This document shows, in pieces, positions 23,841 to 37,345 of a DNA stretch of 64,000 nucleotides. Each line of letters starts with the position of its first letter. Position 1 is the stretch's first letter. The notes under the pieces are model-generated. The model worked only from the letters and a program-made list of their open reading frames with translations. It searched no databases and was not told the origin of the DNA. Source of the stretch: Phoronis australis (taxonomy: Eukaryota; Animalia; Phoronida); contig NMRA01000110.1 in the NCBI GenBank assembly GCA_002633005.1, forward strand, positions 687,995 to 751,994, written 5' to 3'. The position numbers were made by a program, and so were the translations under genes.

Positions 23841-26800
23841 TGTAATTTGTGGTTGGGAGGTGGATTGTGATATCAAGGGAAATTGTGCATGGTTTGTAAA
23901 TTATGTCTTGTAAATATTGAGTGACATTATATTGTAAATATGGTTGTTATGTCTACTACAGGCGGGGATGTTTGGCCGTTGGCACTAATCAGAGTTGGAA
24001 CCAGGATTTTTTAAAACGGGGTGTGGGATCTGCAAGGATTTTTTAAAGAGGTCCGAGTCAACAATTTGAAAATTCTGGATTTGAGAACACTAAAATCAAG
24101 GGAAAAGGGGGGTGCGGACCCCCTTGACCCCCTGGATCCACCAATGACGTTTTTGAAGTGAGGGTTCAGTTCTATAAGACAGTGTTCTGGTGTTCATAAC
24201 AGGAGTGTACTCGCTTCCAAGCGTGCCTCATCGTCATCTTATCCCTTATTTGAAGTCTGGTTACAATGAATGGATTGTGTTTTATCAAAGCTGTCTTATC
24301 CAAGACGGTCGTCGGCATGTTATTTCGAACGCGAGGCTGCAAGATACTAACGTCATGTTGAACATATTCCACAGTCAGACTTAACAACCGTCTTCGACTG
24401 GAACTTTGAACTGTGATCAAATTGAAATCGAATTGACCCAAGGAGCACTCGTCCTATGGGTAGGGTAATCTTTGCTTCCAAAATTTTCGGGCTGACGTGT
24501 ATACTTCAGTAGCCAAAATGAAAAAATGTGACCCATGTCTATATACCTAAATCTGGATTTGTGCACCCATTTGTGTACTGTTTGAAAAGGCTTAATTGAC
24601 AAAAATTAGTACGTCACCTAGGAAAAGTGTGCTTTGTACCTCCTGACTTGCGATTTCTTAAAATCACACCTTTTTTACCATGTAGTGTTGGCAGATCGAA
24701 ACTCACATCTAATGCAAATAGTGATCTCGCATTTCATCCCAATTTTTAAAACCTGAAATCCAAAATTTATAGAAAATTACTTAAGAGCTAGACCAGTTTC
24801 AACACTGGCACCCACTCTAGAAGCACGTTCCAAAAACCAGCCGCCCTCTTAGAGGCACGCCCAACTACATTACAGTGATCGCTCCCTAAGGGCGACTAGG
24901 TTGCCACTGTCTTAGCTAAGATACATGTAGGACTTTTAAGTAAAAGGTCTTTGGTAACTCTAATTGGATTTCCATAACGGCCATACTGCTTCCGGGGATG
25001 AAAGTAAGCCCCGGTGTGATGAACATTTTAATAAACCTGGCGTCAACTGTCTGTTCTTTTCAAGCTTAGAAAACGACAACACTGATTTTATATTCGGCAA
25101 GTGAACTAAATAGAAAGGTATAAGAAATAGTAAAGGATGCGGGTTTTTAATAGATGCGCAGCTGCATACAAGCCTCGACTTGCGTCACAACACAGCTTGA
25201 GGACGATGTGTTGATGAAAAGTTGTCAGAGCTGCATCTCCGTCGTCTGTCCCTGGCACAAAACTGACGCCAGCGTTGGAGACTGGACTCGTGACATCAGA
25301 TTGTTGAATGTAGGCAACGTCAAGAGAAGACTTGTCAGAGTCCGGAATAGCTTTTGATTTGACCAACACTTGGGTGACTCAGTAGATTATCTACTAAGAC
25401 TTGGTTCGGCGCTGGTCTAGTATATGCTTTTGAAATTGTTGGCAAATTCATGGGCGATCTGGTCAGGAGATAAGATATCGTCGTTAAAAGGATACCGAAC
25501 CCGGTTTTGGCCCATCCACACATACTAAAGCCGTCTTTCCCATCAAGTATTTTGAAACGAAATAATGCTCTGTAACCGTCAGCAACATTCAAAAGTTGGA
25601 GGACATTTTCAAGTTGAAAACTCCGTTCAAAATCCTGCTAAACTGGCAAGCGCGACCTACGCTTTTAGCAGTGCATTACTACAGCAAATGCAGGGAGAAG
25701 ACCACTCACCAACTAACATAATGTCCAATCTGTAACGTAAGGAGCATGAGCTTTTAATTGATTTTTGCCTTTAATTGATGCAAATGGATTGACGGAGTTC
25801 CCGCCTTAGTCAGTGTCTTGCCGTCACGTGAGTGTCAGTTGTGGGAAATATTAGGATTCAAAATTACCTCAGAGTTTCGGTTCACTCTTAATAATGTTCT
25901 CAAACTGGTTAAGAAGTGCAACTATACTTGTGGTAATTATTGTGAAAAAAGAACTGTAACAGCGTATTGGAGAATAAGCGCAAAGATAAGTTGGCCAACA
26001 GATGGAGCCCTACTTCATGGCGCTAAAAATTAGCACCAGAATTCAAAGCAGCATTGAACCCGTGCTTTCTATAAAAAACATGTTTTGATTTTGGTGACTT
26101 ACAGTAATGAAGTTAGTCTCAAATTGGGTTGGAATGATCTTGTGTATAAGTCTATGTAGGCGTCCGTAACGGAAAAACTATCACCACCACCTAAATAAAG
26201 GAACATATGACAAACTTAAATGTCAAACTTAAATGGGTTACAAGAAAGTCGCTTCCAATCAAAGTGGTGGCTGAAATTCTTTTGAAAGCAGATTAATTAC
26301 GTTGCACTATGTGTTACTTTTGTTATTTGTATGTGTTGTCAAAGGGCATTATCGTGTTTTTGGCCGGAAACGCAATTTTGGAATTAGTCGTTGAATAGAA
26401 TACACTTTTTGAAGCCATTAGCTTTGACCAGAGCAATATGAACTTCCTTGTACTTTCACGATGATTTTGTTACCTAACGCCAGTTGTCAGCCTTGCCTGC
26501 CGCAATCATCATAGACTATAGTTGTCTATAATCTATGCCGTAATGAAGGTGGGTGATTTTACGGAGATACCCTTTAAAATGCTCTGCCATCTGAGCGGGA
26601 TTTTGTTCAGGAGAATTTCGGGTTCGATTCCGCACTGAGGATGGCGAATTTACTCTGAAAAGAACAATTTTGTTGTGGATAATGTCACAATAATTATATT
26701 TCCCGGTTTATTGATATTGATTGATATTCTTACGACGACGCTCGTACCTCAAGGTACAGCGTTTCAGCTTCTAGTATACATAAAGTTACGACAAACTTTT

Positions 26801-28210
26801 TTTCTTTTGTTTCAATTTGGTCCCCATCTTGCTTTCTACTTTCAGAAAATGCGCTTTTATTAGAATAAGTGCTATCGTACGCGTTGTGTTCGTATTTGGC
26901 TAAATGTAGTGCACAAATTTGTCGATAAGTTCTTAAATTCAGAGAGATATGTGGACGCCACTTTTCACATTTTCCTCTCATGATGTACAGTAATTATGAT
27001 CTACTTGTTCTTGTGATCTTGATATTTGCTCAGATCGCGTTTATCGTCGTTTATCGTCGTTTCGCGTATCAAGCCATAAAACCACGGCACGTTGCTGTCA
27101 CAGACCACTTGAACCTCGCATGAAAAATTTAAACATTTGATTGAGCTCCTGAAAACGTATGTTTGGACTAATATTGAACAAGTTGTATTAATTTTAACTA
27201 TATCTGCTTCAAAGGTGGATATTTGTTGCACGCTTGAATAGCGTACTGCTTTTCACAATCCAGTTGTTCCCATATCCTCATCCATTCATCCCATGTTTGT
27301 GTCGATCCGTCTAGACCGACCAAAGTCTGTCCTTTCCATCCGGGCCACCCAACTACAACACGTGATTCCAACTGAGCCACGGCAAGAGAAAGCTACTTCA
27401 CGGTATGTTGGATTTGAATAAAGACTTCTTTCCGCGAAAAAAGTGGCATATTGACGTGTCGCGGAAGTAGTTTCGAGCACCGGAAAACTTATTCTCATTC
27501 GTTGTAGGCAATTATATCATCTCGAATGCCTAAGGCATACACAGGCACCTGTCAAGCGGGCAGAGGGGATACGTGTTAATATTGTTGTGAACGACCAGTG
27601 CACGGTTGCATGAAACAGTGAGTCCCAAAGAGAGGGACTCAACTAAGTTCCCTAAATCTATTGCGAATTTGTGGACTTGTGAAAACATTGATGACCTTTC
27701 TATGGCCGTTTTTCTATAATTTGTCATACTAAGAACAATTAGACTTTGATACAAATCGAGAGTTGAATGAACATTTATTGAAAACATTTAGCGATCTTTT
27801 CATGCAACGCCCCTACTTTAGGGAATGAGTCCCTTTGATTTTCATTGATTCAGAACAAGAGGAGCTGTTTTAGTTATGTTATTAGTCACTAGCGAAGACT
27901 AAAGATACAGTGATAATAAACTGTGAGTAATTTTGAAAACGACACAAATATGCAAAAGATTTAGGGGAACTTCATGAGTCCCGGTCACGCAACCGGGTAC
28001 AGGGTGCTTAGATTTTCAAAACTGACGCTACCACTGAAGAACTTTCTACCTAACATGAAATCACTGTAATGATACACGACGAAACATGCGATCACACGTA
28101 CGCGTTGACGATTATGACGTCACTTATGAACGCAAAGAAGCTTTTGGAAAATCTCACCTGAGATCCTTGTCCGTTGTGTGTTGAAAGGGGCTGACTTACC
28201 ACCAGTGGAC

Positions 28211-28416
28211 ATGGCCCAAACAACTGAATCAGAACTGGAAAAACATTTCGAAACTTTCTGTAATTTTGGAATTCATCACCCGGGAACGGACAGAAAACAG
28301 ACTTTGAACGACAAAAACTTGGTAAAATGTTTGAAGGATTCAAGAATAATTGGAAAGGTAGTAACATCAACTGATGTCGACATCGCTTTCAGCAAATACA
28401 AGGATAAAGGGAAAAA
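28211..28416 (+). CDS. TPPP: TPPP exon 1
   Basis: gacATGG start; AA|gtaagt donor. Confidence 0.92.
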
Positions 28417-31400
28417 GTAAGTTTTAACATGTTCGGTTGATGATAATGATCCAACGTGTAAGAGTAGAATTTAAAGTTCTTTGTTGCTTTTCGTTAGTTA
28501 AGACGCGATTTTGGTATACGCTGGTTCGTTAGCACAGTCACACGGGTTACCCTATGGAGATTAGATGCTCTTGGGTGCAAACCATCCGAACTCAATAGCT
28601 GCCTAGGACCTCAAAGCTACTTGATAAGACTTCATAAACGGAACACTTTGCTGACAGAAATGGTTTAATTATCACGGAAGGCGGCGTGCTGGTTTGGACA
28701 CCATATAATGTTGATTACTGAGCCTTACCGCTTGCGGTGACACCTAGAGGTAAACCTCGAGGATTGAAAGTTGCAAGCACGGGGACCGCTTTAGGTTATT
28801 CCGCGTCAACAAAAACGATTAATACGCAAACATATGCTTTAACGTTGGCGATGATCACATTTACAGACATCCCAGATGAGGCCTACTAAAACCGGGACAA
28901 TTTCACCGTCCCTTGATAATTTAGGCCCATTTCAAACTAGAATCTACTTTTCCGTAGAACACTTTAGTGACATGTTTCAGGGAGATCACCTTCGACCAGT
29001 TCAAATCCGTTCTATTGGAAATTGCGCCCAAATATCAGAAACAGGCAGGCCTCGGTTCCAAAGAGAATGCGCTTCAGGAAATGATGGATAAAATCGCCGG
29101 CAGTGGCCCGTCATTGGCCGGAACAACCAAGATGAGTGCGACAGGTAACCAATTGTTCTTTGAAATAAGACAGTAAATTAAGGGAAAATAAACTGAAAAA
29201 TAAAGATGCAGTAGACGCCGTCATCGTAATCTTGATGCAAAGCTCTATAAATATGCAGTTTTGCACCAATGTGGGTAAAAAAGGAACAAGAAAACCTGAC
29301 AAAATTAATGTCATTAAAAGCTACACTCTTCCTTGAGTAAACTAAATTAGTCAACAGTCATGCCGTTCTGCCGATATTCTGCTGCTAAATTTGAGAAGCG
29401 ATAAGATGCGTCAGCACGCGCCATTTGCTTTTAGTGCGACATCTTTCGCCAAGATGGCGACTGCTTCGCCGAGACAAAATGTGCTCTAAGATTCGGTTTG
29501 CTGTCGATAATTTGTTTTGGTATGTACGCCACCTCATGGAAGAAGAGTTAACTAAGAATCTTCGGCGAAAATAGAAACCCCTTTATAATTTCATGGTGCC
29601 GAAAGCCGACACATAACAAATAAGATCATCGCTCCACAACTTTCGCAGCAGAAAAACGATAGAACGCCAATTTTTCTATAACCGAGTGTAGATTTTAATG
29701 ACACTGATTTTATGTCAGATTTTACTTGGCCATTTTCACCCATATCGGTGCAAAGCTGTATTTTTACACAGCTTTGCACCAGTGCCAAACAGTTTGATGC
29801 ATTTATCAGAGTTGAACGTGGTACAAAGAACAAATTGATTACACTGATGTTCCATAGATGTCCAAAAGAGATGAACTTAGGAAGCGCGGTATGTGAACGT
29901 AATCTATTTGAAATATGCCTGCAAACGATGTTTATTGATTTGCGAGAAGGCACGTGGGTTGTTCAACGTCAGTACTTGTCTACCAAGGTGTTCCGTCAAA
30001 ATTGGAATCCCGGTGTAATATAGATATCCCGGAGTCGAAAACAGGCTCCCGCACCTTCAAAACAGCTAACTGGCCCGAAAAACACCAACCCCGACATTTA
30101 AAACACGATCTCCGACTATTAAAACAGGAAACTGGGGGATCGGACAGGAAACCCAGTTTTACAAATTTTCTAAGACGATATCAATAGCCTCAAACTTTGA
30201 ATTAAACCATATTCAAACTCTCTCCACTTCTTTCCTGCATTTAAAAATTGTCAATAATAAAACGTAACTTATGTTACCGGTATATTGACTTTTTATTTTG
30301 ATTTTTATCGGTGGAACTTGTCTGTGGGAGAATTTTCAACATAACCTATGATTTCAGCACGTTATTTCGGTCAATATTTAGTTAATATCAGATTATTCAA
30401 TAGTTTCTCCAAAAATATTTTCACAAACGGAAAACAAAAATATTATTTCGACTTCCGAGTGCCATGATTTTTGATTAATTTGCTGTGACGTGTACACAAC
30501 CTCGTGGAACAGTTGAATGAAGAGTTGGGAAACAAAGAAACTGGCCAATAGGTGACACAATATTTTATGGCTTCAAAAGCCGACGAAAAAGATGGCACCA
30601 TAAATCAAGCGGAATAATGTAGAACCCCAATCCGTCATAAGTTGTCTAAAATTTTCATATAGTAAAAATATCACAACAACTATTTAAAGTATTTTGTTAT
30701 CGGTCCCCGGTGTCCTGTCCTATCCCCGGGGTTCCCGTTGGAAAGCTCGGGGTTCGTGTTTTTTGGGCTGGTTAGCTGTTTTGAAGGTGCGGGAGCCTGT
30801 ATTCGACTCTGGGATATTTGTTTGCAGCGGGGTTCCTGTTTCGATGGAACACCTTGATCACCGTGCGTCGCAATTTTCATCGGTAAATCTCTGCTGTTCT
30901 TAGGGCAGTAAAAGTGCTTTTTCTGGAACGTGTCTTGGATCAATGTTTTAGATAAACCCAAAATGAACGAGCACAATCACATTTGGCGATGTACACGCCA
31001 ATTTACTCCACCACGAGACTGCACACCAACCGTAAAATACAGTTTTCCTACCGTTGTATACGTCCTCTACCGTTATATACGGCCTCTACCGTTGTATGCG
31101 TCCTCTATCGTTATATACAGTCTCTATCGTTATACGCCCTCTACCGTTGTATACGGATTGGCTTTACTCCCCGTTCTTCATAGTAAATAACGTGAAGTAT
31201 ACAATACCCGTATTTTAACGAATACGGGTTAAAAGTGCATTCAACTTTTAACTGCATTGTACAAATGGGGAAACAAAATACAGTTTTGATTTTTTCATCA
31301 TTTCATTCACAAGAGGCTCTAAAGGTGTCTATATATGTGTTTACGCCTACACACGAATAGCTTTTTACAAAGGCACTGTTTCAGTCTATGCATGCATAGC

Positions 31401-32286
31401 TTTGTGCAAAGTCGGTGAGCTCTGACGACCGGCTTCCACTTGAATAGAACGTTAATTTCAACATCTAGTTGCTGTAGATATCTGTTAATTAAAGAGGCAT
31501 GTCAAAAATATCTTTTAAACAATTCCTGGCGAAAGTACCCTCTCGCAACATCTAGTACATAGTGTAATTCAATTTCCCCCGTGAGGAAATTTCCAAAAAT
31601 TATCATGACATTTACGATGTTTGAAATACGCGTAAAGGAAAAACTCTGTGGTTACCACAGAGCTACTGATCTCCCTTCCACTTATGAAAAATCCCCGCAC
31701 GCTCTCACAGTCAGGTGCTTGAAGTCGTTTGAGATCAAAGGTCACATTCTCTATATACGGGAAATCTGCTACGTCTACATCTTGCCTTACCAAACAAGGA
31801 GACGTGCTTTGCCTTGTGGGGGGAAATCAACGAAGTGGCGAGCAGTTGACAGATTTTTTTTTGAAATTTGAGAGTAAAAGAAAATGCTTTGATATCAGGC
31901 AAAATTAAAACTTTTTACTAACAAACTCAAAAAATACCTTGTGAGTAGGTTGAATTCTGAGAACCACTTTCAGTATTGCAATTTAGTCTGCTTATCGAGT
32001 TCCAGGGCTCTTTAATAGGCTAACAATTGTCTAAAAATCTTTTCAAATTACCAAAGAAATGTCAATAACTTTGAATACGATAAAAACAAGACATTGGAAA
32101 CTTTCAGGGAACGTAGAACGTATGACGGACACGACGCTTTACACTGGTTCGCATAAGGAGAGATTTGATGAAGAGGGCAAAGGTCGCGGCATTGAAGGTC
32201 GAAAAAACATTGTGGAGAACGAAGGTTACGTAGGCCAGTACAAGGGAAAAGACACGTACGATAAAACACACCCCTCACCGAGATAA
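28211..32286 (+). CDS. TPPP: Tubulin polymerization-promoting protein (TPPP/p25-alpha family), 182 aa
   Basis: Exons 28211-28416, 28981-29144 and 32108-32286, intron phases 2 and 1. Motifs [71 protein letters not shown]. Confidence 0.95.
28981..29144 (+). CDS. TPPP: TPPP exon 2
   Basis: tttcag|G ... ACAG|gtaacc; EITFDQF...GPSLAGTTK. Confidence 0.9.
29234..29782. mobile_element. MITE-like element with hairpin-containing terminal inverted repeats (TPPP intron 2)
   Basis: Left end tgcaaagctctataaatatgcagttttgcaccaatgtgggtaaaa is an imperfect inverted match to right end ttttcacccatatcggtgcaaagctgtatttttacacagctttgcacc; homologous to 11581-11900. Confidence 0.65.
29984..30856. mobile_element. 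Non-autonomous DNA element (or inverted pair of copies) with ~150-170-bp imperfect inverted arms (TPPP intron 2)
   Basis: 29984-30155 (caaggtgttcc...acaggctcccgcaccttcaaaacagctaac...ggacagga) is the reverse complement of 30708-30856 (tcctgtcc...gttagctgttttgaaggtgcgggagcctgt...ggaacaccttg). No target-site duplication seen. Confidence 0.75.
31048..31156. repeat. ~19-bp minisatellite (ctaccgttgtatacgtcct), about 6 copies
   Basis: Directly visible degenerate array. Confidence 0.9.
32108..32286 (+). CDS. TPPP: TPPP exon 3 (terminal)
   Basis: ctttcag|GG; YTGSHKERF and GxGxGxxGR motifs; TAA at 32284-32286. Confidence 0.93.
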
Positions 32287-33934
32287 TCGAGAAGGAACCT
32301 TTGTACCATGGACACTGTTTTTAAGATTGTTTTGATTGCCGATCGAGGTCTTTTGTGAACACTAACCTGAGAATGTCAGAATGTCTCGCATGACAATACC
32401 CAAGGCAACGGTGAACTTAGACTTTCTTTCAACCGCTGATTTGTTAGAAATTCATCTTGCAAACCACTATTCTCTATTCTCCTTTTGAAAATTATAAAAC
32501 AATCAGTTTGCACCAAGTAATGTGGGATTTCTCGTAGAATAGTGCGGTGTGCAACACCGGTGTTGTCTGTAACACTGGTGTTGAACTTTGGAGTTTGAGT
32601 GGTTGACACATCGGTGTTACGCGTTGTTTGCTAAATACATCATCGTGGGAACTGGTCATGCATGGAATGGTATATTTGTAGCGCCGAGATGCAGAGAGAC
32701 AGCTGATTGGACCATTGTCTCCCCGCAGTGTCGGGCAATGGATAGCACACGATTCAATGGAAAAGTACGGGAAAAACATACCACTAGATGGAGTTTTGGA
32801 TGATATTAGAGACTACACCAATTTATCTTTAATGCTATTCTCAAAGACGAATGGATACAGTCTCTGAAATCCTCTTTACGCCCATGTTCTAGCAAAACGT
32901 CTCTTTGCAGCGACTGCGAGAAAATACGCTAGATCCCATAAAGAGAAACAAAAAAAAACAATATCGTCATACCCAATCTGCGTCGGAACGCTCGCGTTTC
33001 TCTGTTTAAGAGTAGAAAATCACCATGGCAACACACATGCGGGCGGGATTAATGAGAGAACTTACTGAGCGCTGGCGACCAAAACGGAGAGGTTGTACTC
33101 TCGGTGCAGGGTAGGCTGCACGTAGCCCTGGCCTTCGGCTGGCTACACAGGGGCTGCAGCGCTCCCTCTCGGTTTGTGCACTAATCTCAGACCGATTAAG
33201 TAATTTTCACTTCGTTTACACTTAAAATTGTCAATCAAAAAGGCGCTTACTTTCTTCAGCGATCTCTTCTGGTTTTACACATATCTTCGATGAAGCATGT
33301 CTACGGGAATTAAAACGATTAAAGCGAAGAACTCCAACTCCATTTATTCGGTGGCCATGTTCCGGGTACCGTCCGTTTAAAATACACGGGATGTGATTGG
33401 TACAGAAACCGATGGGGAGAATTATAACCCCTTTATAGCCCGCCGAGGAGGTACGTGTTGCTAAGCAACTGTCGCGGTAATTCGTCACTTGCTTACAGTG
33501 ATCTGATTTTAAGGGATAGTAGATGCAATGCAAAACTATTTTGTACATTGGAAAAGATTTTAAAACAATTCTTTGACGAACTCCTTTATGGCGGACTCAC
33601 TCACGAAATGTCGTCGATTTCCATGGCAATTGTTTGTAAGTCGACTTGTAGTCGTCGCCCAACTGCTACACAACCGCTAAGTAGAGTCCCGGCAGACTCG
33701 ATCACTAGAAAATGTCAAACCACTTGTTGTCAAATATGCAACAATTCGTTAGCACACATACAGTGTGGATGCTCAAATTACAAAATTGAAATTCCTAAAT
33801 TATCAATAGCATTTGAGAAAGTTATGAAGTCATAAAATCACTCCTTATTAACAATCCATACATTGGCCGCTGCTATTGTAACTCGTTTTTATTAAATGAA
33901 ATCAAAATTTGTTCTAAAAACTTGTGAAGTAAAG

Positions 33935-33998
33935 GAGACCTCATCGAACTCGTGATCTTCCTATTCGCAAGAGAACTTTTACCGCTGCGTCACCGACC
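33935..33998 (-). mobile_element. Degenerate tRNA-derived SINE head
   Basis: Minus strand reads ggtcggTGACGCAGCGGTaaa...cacGAGTTCGATga: Pol III A-box and B-box at tRNA-like spacing, without a cloverleaf. Confidence 0.45.
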
Positions 33999-35469
33999 AG
34001 CACGTGACCGAAAGCCCTTCAAGTCATCCAGGTTCTGAAATCACTTTTGTTTCAAAGGTACAGCGGTGTTTTAGGGCTGAAAAACGCATTTTTGAATTAT
34101 TGTTGGTTGGGATAAAGTCCTTGAGGTAATTAGCGTTGGCCAGAGCTATATAAAGCAACAAGATCCTTTGTGTTTTGTGATTTTATTTCAAATCGCCAAT
34201 TCTCGTCGTNTGAAACTTAGCATATGAGTTTGGTTTGTTGAGATGTAGAAAAACCTCACTTTTTAAGAATTTTCATTCATTATTTTCCTTTTTATGACCT
34301 GTACCTCCATTTTGCAACAAAATCGGGCGTCGAAGTAGGCATGTTTGAATGCATTTTACTAGCATGTGTGGTAAGGTCAAAACAAATGAATAATAGGAAT
34401 TGAAAGCGCAGTGGCTGAATAATTTAATGGCATAACTTTCAAAATCCATTTTTAAATTTGTACGTTTTGAATTTGTGAGGCAAAAACGGCTATTTTTGAG
34501 GTTTTCACTGAAGCCATTTTCGGCCAAATTTGGCACTCTGTAGAAGCCATAACGCACCTTTCCTGAAATTGACTTTATAATAATTTGTTTAGTCATTCCT
34601 AACCTGTTCATAATCTAAAATAAAAAAATCTTGCCTCTAATGTAGCTTAGGCGTACGAAGCATTACACGAACTGCACTTCGTCCTTTTGCATGTTCTCAG
34701 TTGCCCCTGCTGCCAATAGGGGGCTCTTGCAACATATAATTAGCTTGCGAAACACGACATAAAAACCTTGTATTTTGGAGAAAAGGCAGACAGCATTATT
34801 AATTACCATTCTATGAAAACGGCATTGATGATTATTGCTTATTACAAAAATATGTAATGTAAATCAACTGGCATGCGTGGTTCTAAATGATAGATGGCGC
34901 TGCTTTTGTTTTCGTAGAGACTGAAGACGCATCTAGAATAAGAGCAGTAACACGAGGACCTTGCTATAATTCAAGACTTCGCGAGATATTGCCCTGCATT
35001 TTAAATGAGAACATGTAGTTTTGGATACATTTTAGAGAGGTTTTAGTGTTACTGAACTCACCCCTGCCTTGTTTTCTGTCTGCCTTGTTGGTGCCACAGG
35101 CAAAGGAAGGCACCCAAGGTGGATATGGCCCCCCAGTGCTCAGTGCAAAAAATCCTTCAACTTGTCAATAGTCATTGTAACTTTGGGTTCATATTGTAAT
35201 GTCCCTGCTGGTTTCTACAAATTTTAGTCGCCACCAGTCGCCAGAAATCCGGTGTTCCCCCCACACACCGGGCACCCTAACGATGAATATTTCTGTCAGT
35301 GTGATCATCAGTGGTATAAAAAGGTACACATTCACATCACAGTCATCAGAAAATAATTCACGAGAGACAATTTTATTAATGACTCATTCATGACAGACAT
35401 GGAGTTACCAGAAGTAACGGCCTCGACTTCATATATCACACATCTTTGATTGGTATACAAAACTACTCT

Positions 35470-36429
35470 AAACGTTGAGCTCATTTACCAGTTCATTCAG
35501 TAAATCTAACGATATAACAGCATCTTCAGCAGAAATTGCATCGTCATAAACATTGCTGCAGACAACCTTGGAAAAATCGACCAATATGCGATTCACTTTA
35601 TATCACAGGTAAATACTTTACCAGTGGTTTCTCGTAATGTTTTCTCCATTTTGGCTCTTCCGAGGGTGAACGTTTTTACCTGAATTATCTCCTTCATCGA
35701 ATATGTTCGTCAGAAAGTTCTTAACCTTTGATGGAAATCTTGTTGACACTTTACCTGTTTTCAATGCCTAACCTATTGCTTCAGCATTCGTCTCATCCAA
35801 ATAGTGCTCTGAGGCTGCCTCAAATGACGCTCGGTTCTTGCATCTGAAAGCATTTCTGACCCCTGTCGTGCGATGTGGTCATACGTGGTTTCCATCTGTA
35901 AATGTTCAGTGTAGTTACCCACATCCAAATGCTGACCTAGTTCTGCGTCTGTAGCAAAAAAAATTCGAGTAACCTTGCTGGGTACAAGGGAACTTTGTTG
36001 AGGCTCTTCACTAGATACAATGTCAACCTTAACTCTTGGAGTTGAAAATCCGCCATGTGTAGAGATGTTAGTGTATTTTAGAGAAATAAGTTTCCCATTT
36101 TCTCAGTATTTTGTACGAACTTACCGTCACCTACATGGAGTGATTTCCACACGCGAATTCCTTGGGTGGAATAGTGGGAATTTTTTAATGTGCTTATACC
36201 AGGAACTGAGTATTTTGGAAAAGACTTTGTTGCATTGACTGAACATGCATACACATAACATCCCTTCACATGGCCACTGGAAAGTAATGCTTCTTTCAAA
36301 TCCAGAAACTTTATGATATTGTTACCTTCGGCTACAAAGTACTTTGCATGTTGTTTGAGTGGAGCGATCTTGCGATCACAGAGATCCTTTCCATTCTGAC
36401 TTTCACTAAAGTCATATCTCGAAACAGAA
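35470..36429 (-). pseudogene. Decayed DDD-type DNA transposase, C-terminal part (tentatively Sola3-like), cut off by an N gap
   Basis: RYDFSESQNGKDLCDRKIAPLK...EGNNI...KEAL...VPGIS...GIRVWK, then a broken C2H2-like segment FPCTQQGY..F....L..HLDVG...ETTYD and G*ALKTGKVSTRF..VKNFL..IFDEG..SGK, where a TAG replaces Trp. Frameshifts present. Superfamily assignment is from memory. Confidence 0.7.
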
Positions 36430-37345
36430 NNNNNNNNNNNNNNNNNNNNNNNNNNNNNNNNNNNNNNNNNNNNNNNNNNNNNNNNNNNNNNNNNNNNNNN
36501 NNNNNNNNNNNNNNNNNNNNNNNNNNNNNNNNNNNNNNNNNNNNNNNNNNNNNNNNNNNNNNNNNNNNNNNNNNNNNNNNNNNNNNNNNNNNNNNNNNNN
36601 NNNNNNNNNNNNNNNNNNNNNNNNNNNNNNNNNNNNNNNNNNNNNNNNNNNNNNNNNNNNNNNNNNNNNNNNNNNNNNNNNNNNNNNNNNNNNNNNNNNN
36701 NNNNNNNNNNNNNNNNNNNNNNNNNNNNNNNNNNNNNNNNNNNNNNNNNNNNNNNNNNNNNNNNNNNNNNNNNNNNNNNNNNNNNNNNNNNNNNNNNNNN
36801 NNNNNNNNNNNNNNNNNNNNNNNNNNNNNNNNNNNNNNNNNNNNNNNNNNNNNNNNNNNNNNNNNNNNNNNNNNNNNNNNNNNNNNNNNNNNNNNNNNNN
36901 NNNNNNNNNNNNNNNNNNNNNNNNNNNNNNNNNNNNNNNNNNNNNNNNNNNNNNNNNNNNNNNNNNNNNNNNNNNNNNNNNNNNNNNNNNNNNNNNNNNN
37001 NNNNNNNNNNNNNNNNNNNNNNNNNNNNNNNNNNNNNNNNNNNNNNNNNNNNNNNNNNNNNNNNNNNNNNNNNNNNNNNNNNNNNNNNNNNNNNNNNNNN
37101 NNNNNNNNNNNNNNNNNNNNNNNNNNNNNNNNNNNNNNNNNNNNNNNNNNNNNNNNNNNNNNNNNNNNNNNNNNNNNNNNNNNNNNNNNNNNNNNNNNNN
37201 NNNNNNNNNNNNNNNNNNNNNNNNNNNNNNNNNNNNNNNNNNNNNNNNNNNNNNNNNNNNNNNNNNNNNNNNNNNNNNNNNNNNNNNNNNNNNNNNNNNN
37301 NNNNNNNNNNNNNNNNNNNNNNNNNNNNNNNNNNNNNNNNNNNNN
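36430..37345. other. Assembly gap (N run)
   Basis: Run of N. Confidence 0.99.

Noticed and set aside
25106-25710. Overlapping minus-strand ORFs with a coding-like look
   Set aside because: Frames are interrupted by stops and shifts, and I find no family motif or consistent exon structure. BLASTX would be needed to rescue it as a pseudogene.
26586-26646. tRNA-like GGGTTCGATTCC
   Set aside because: Isolated B-box with no A-box or cloverleaf; not a tRNA gene
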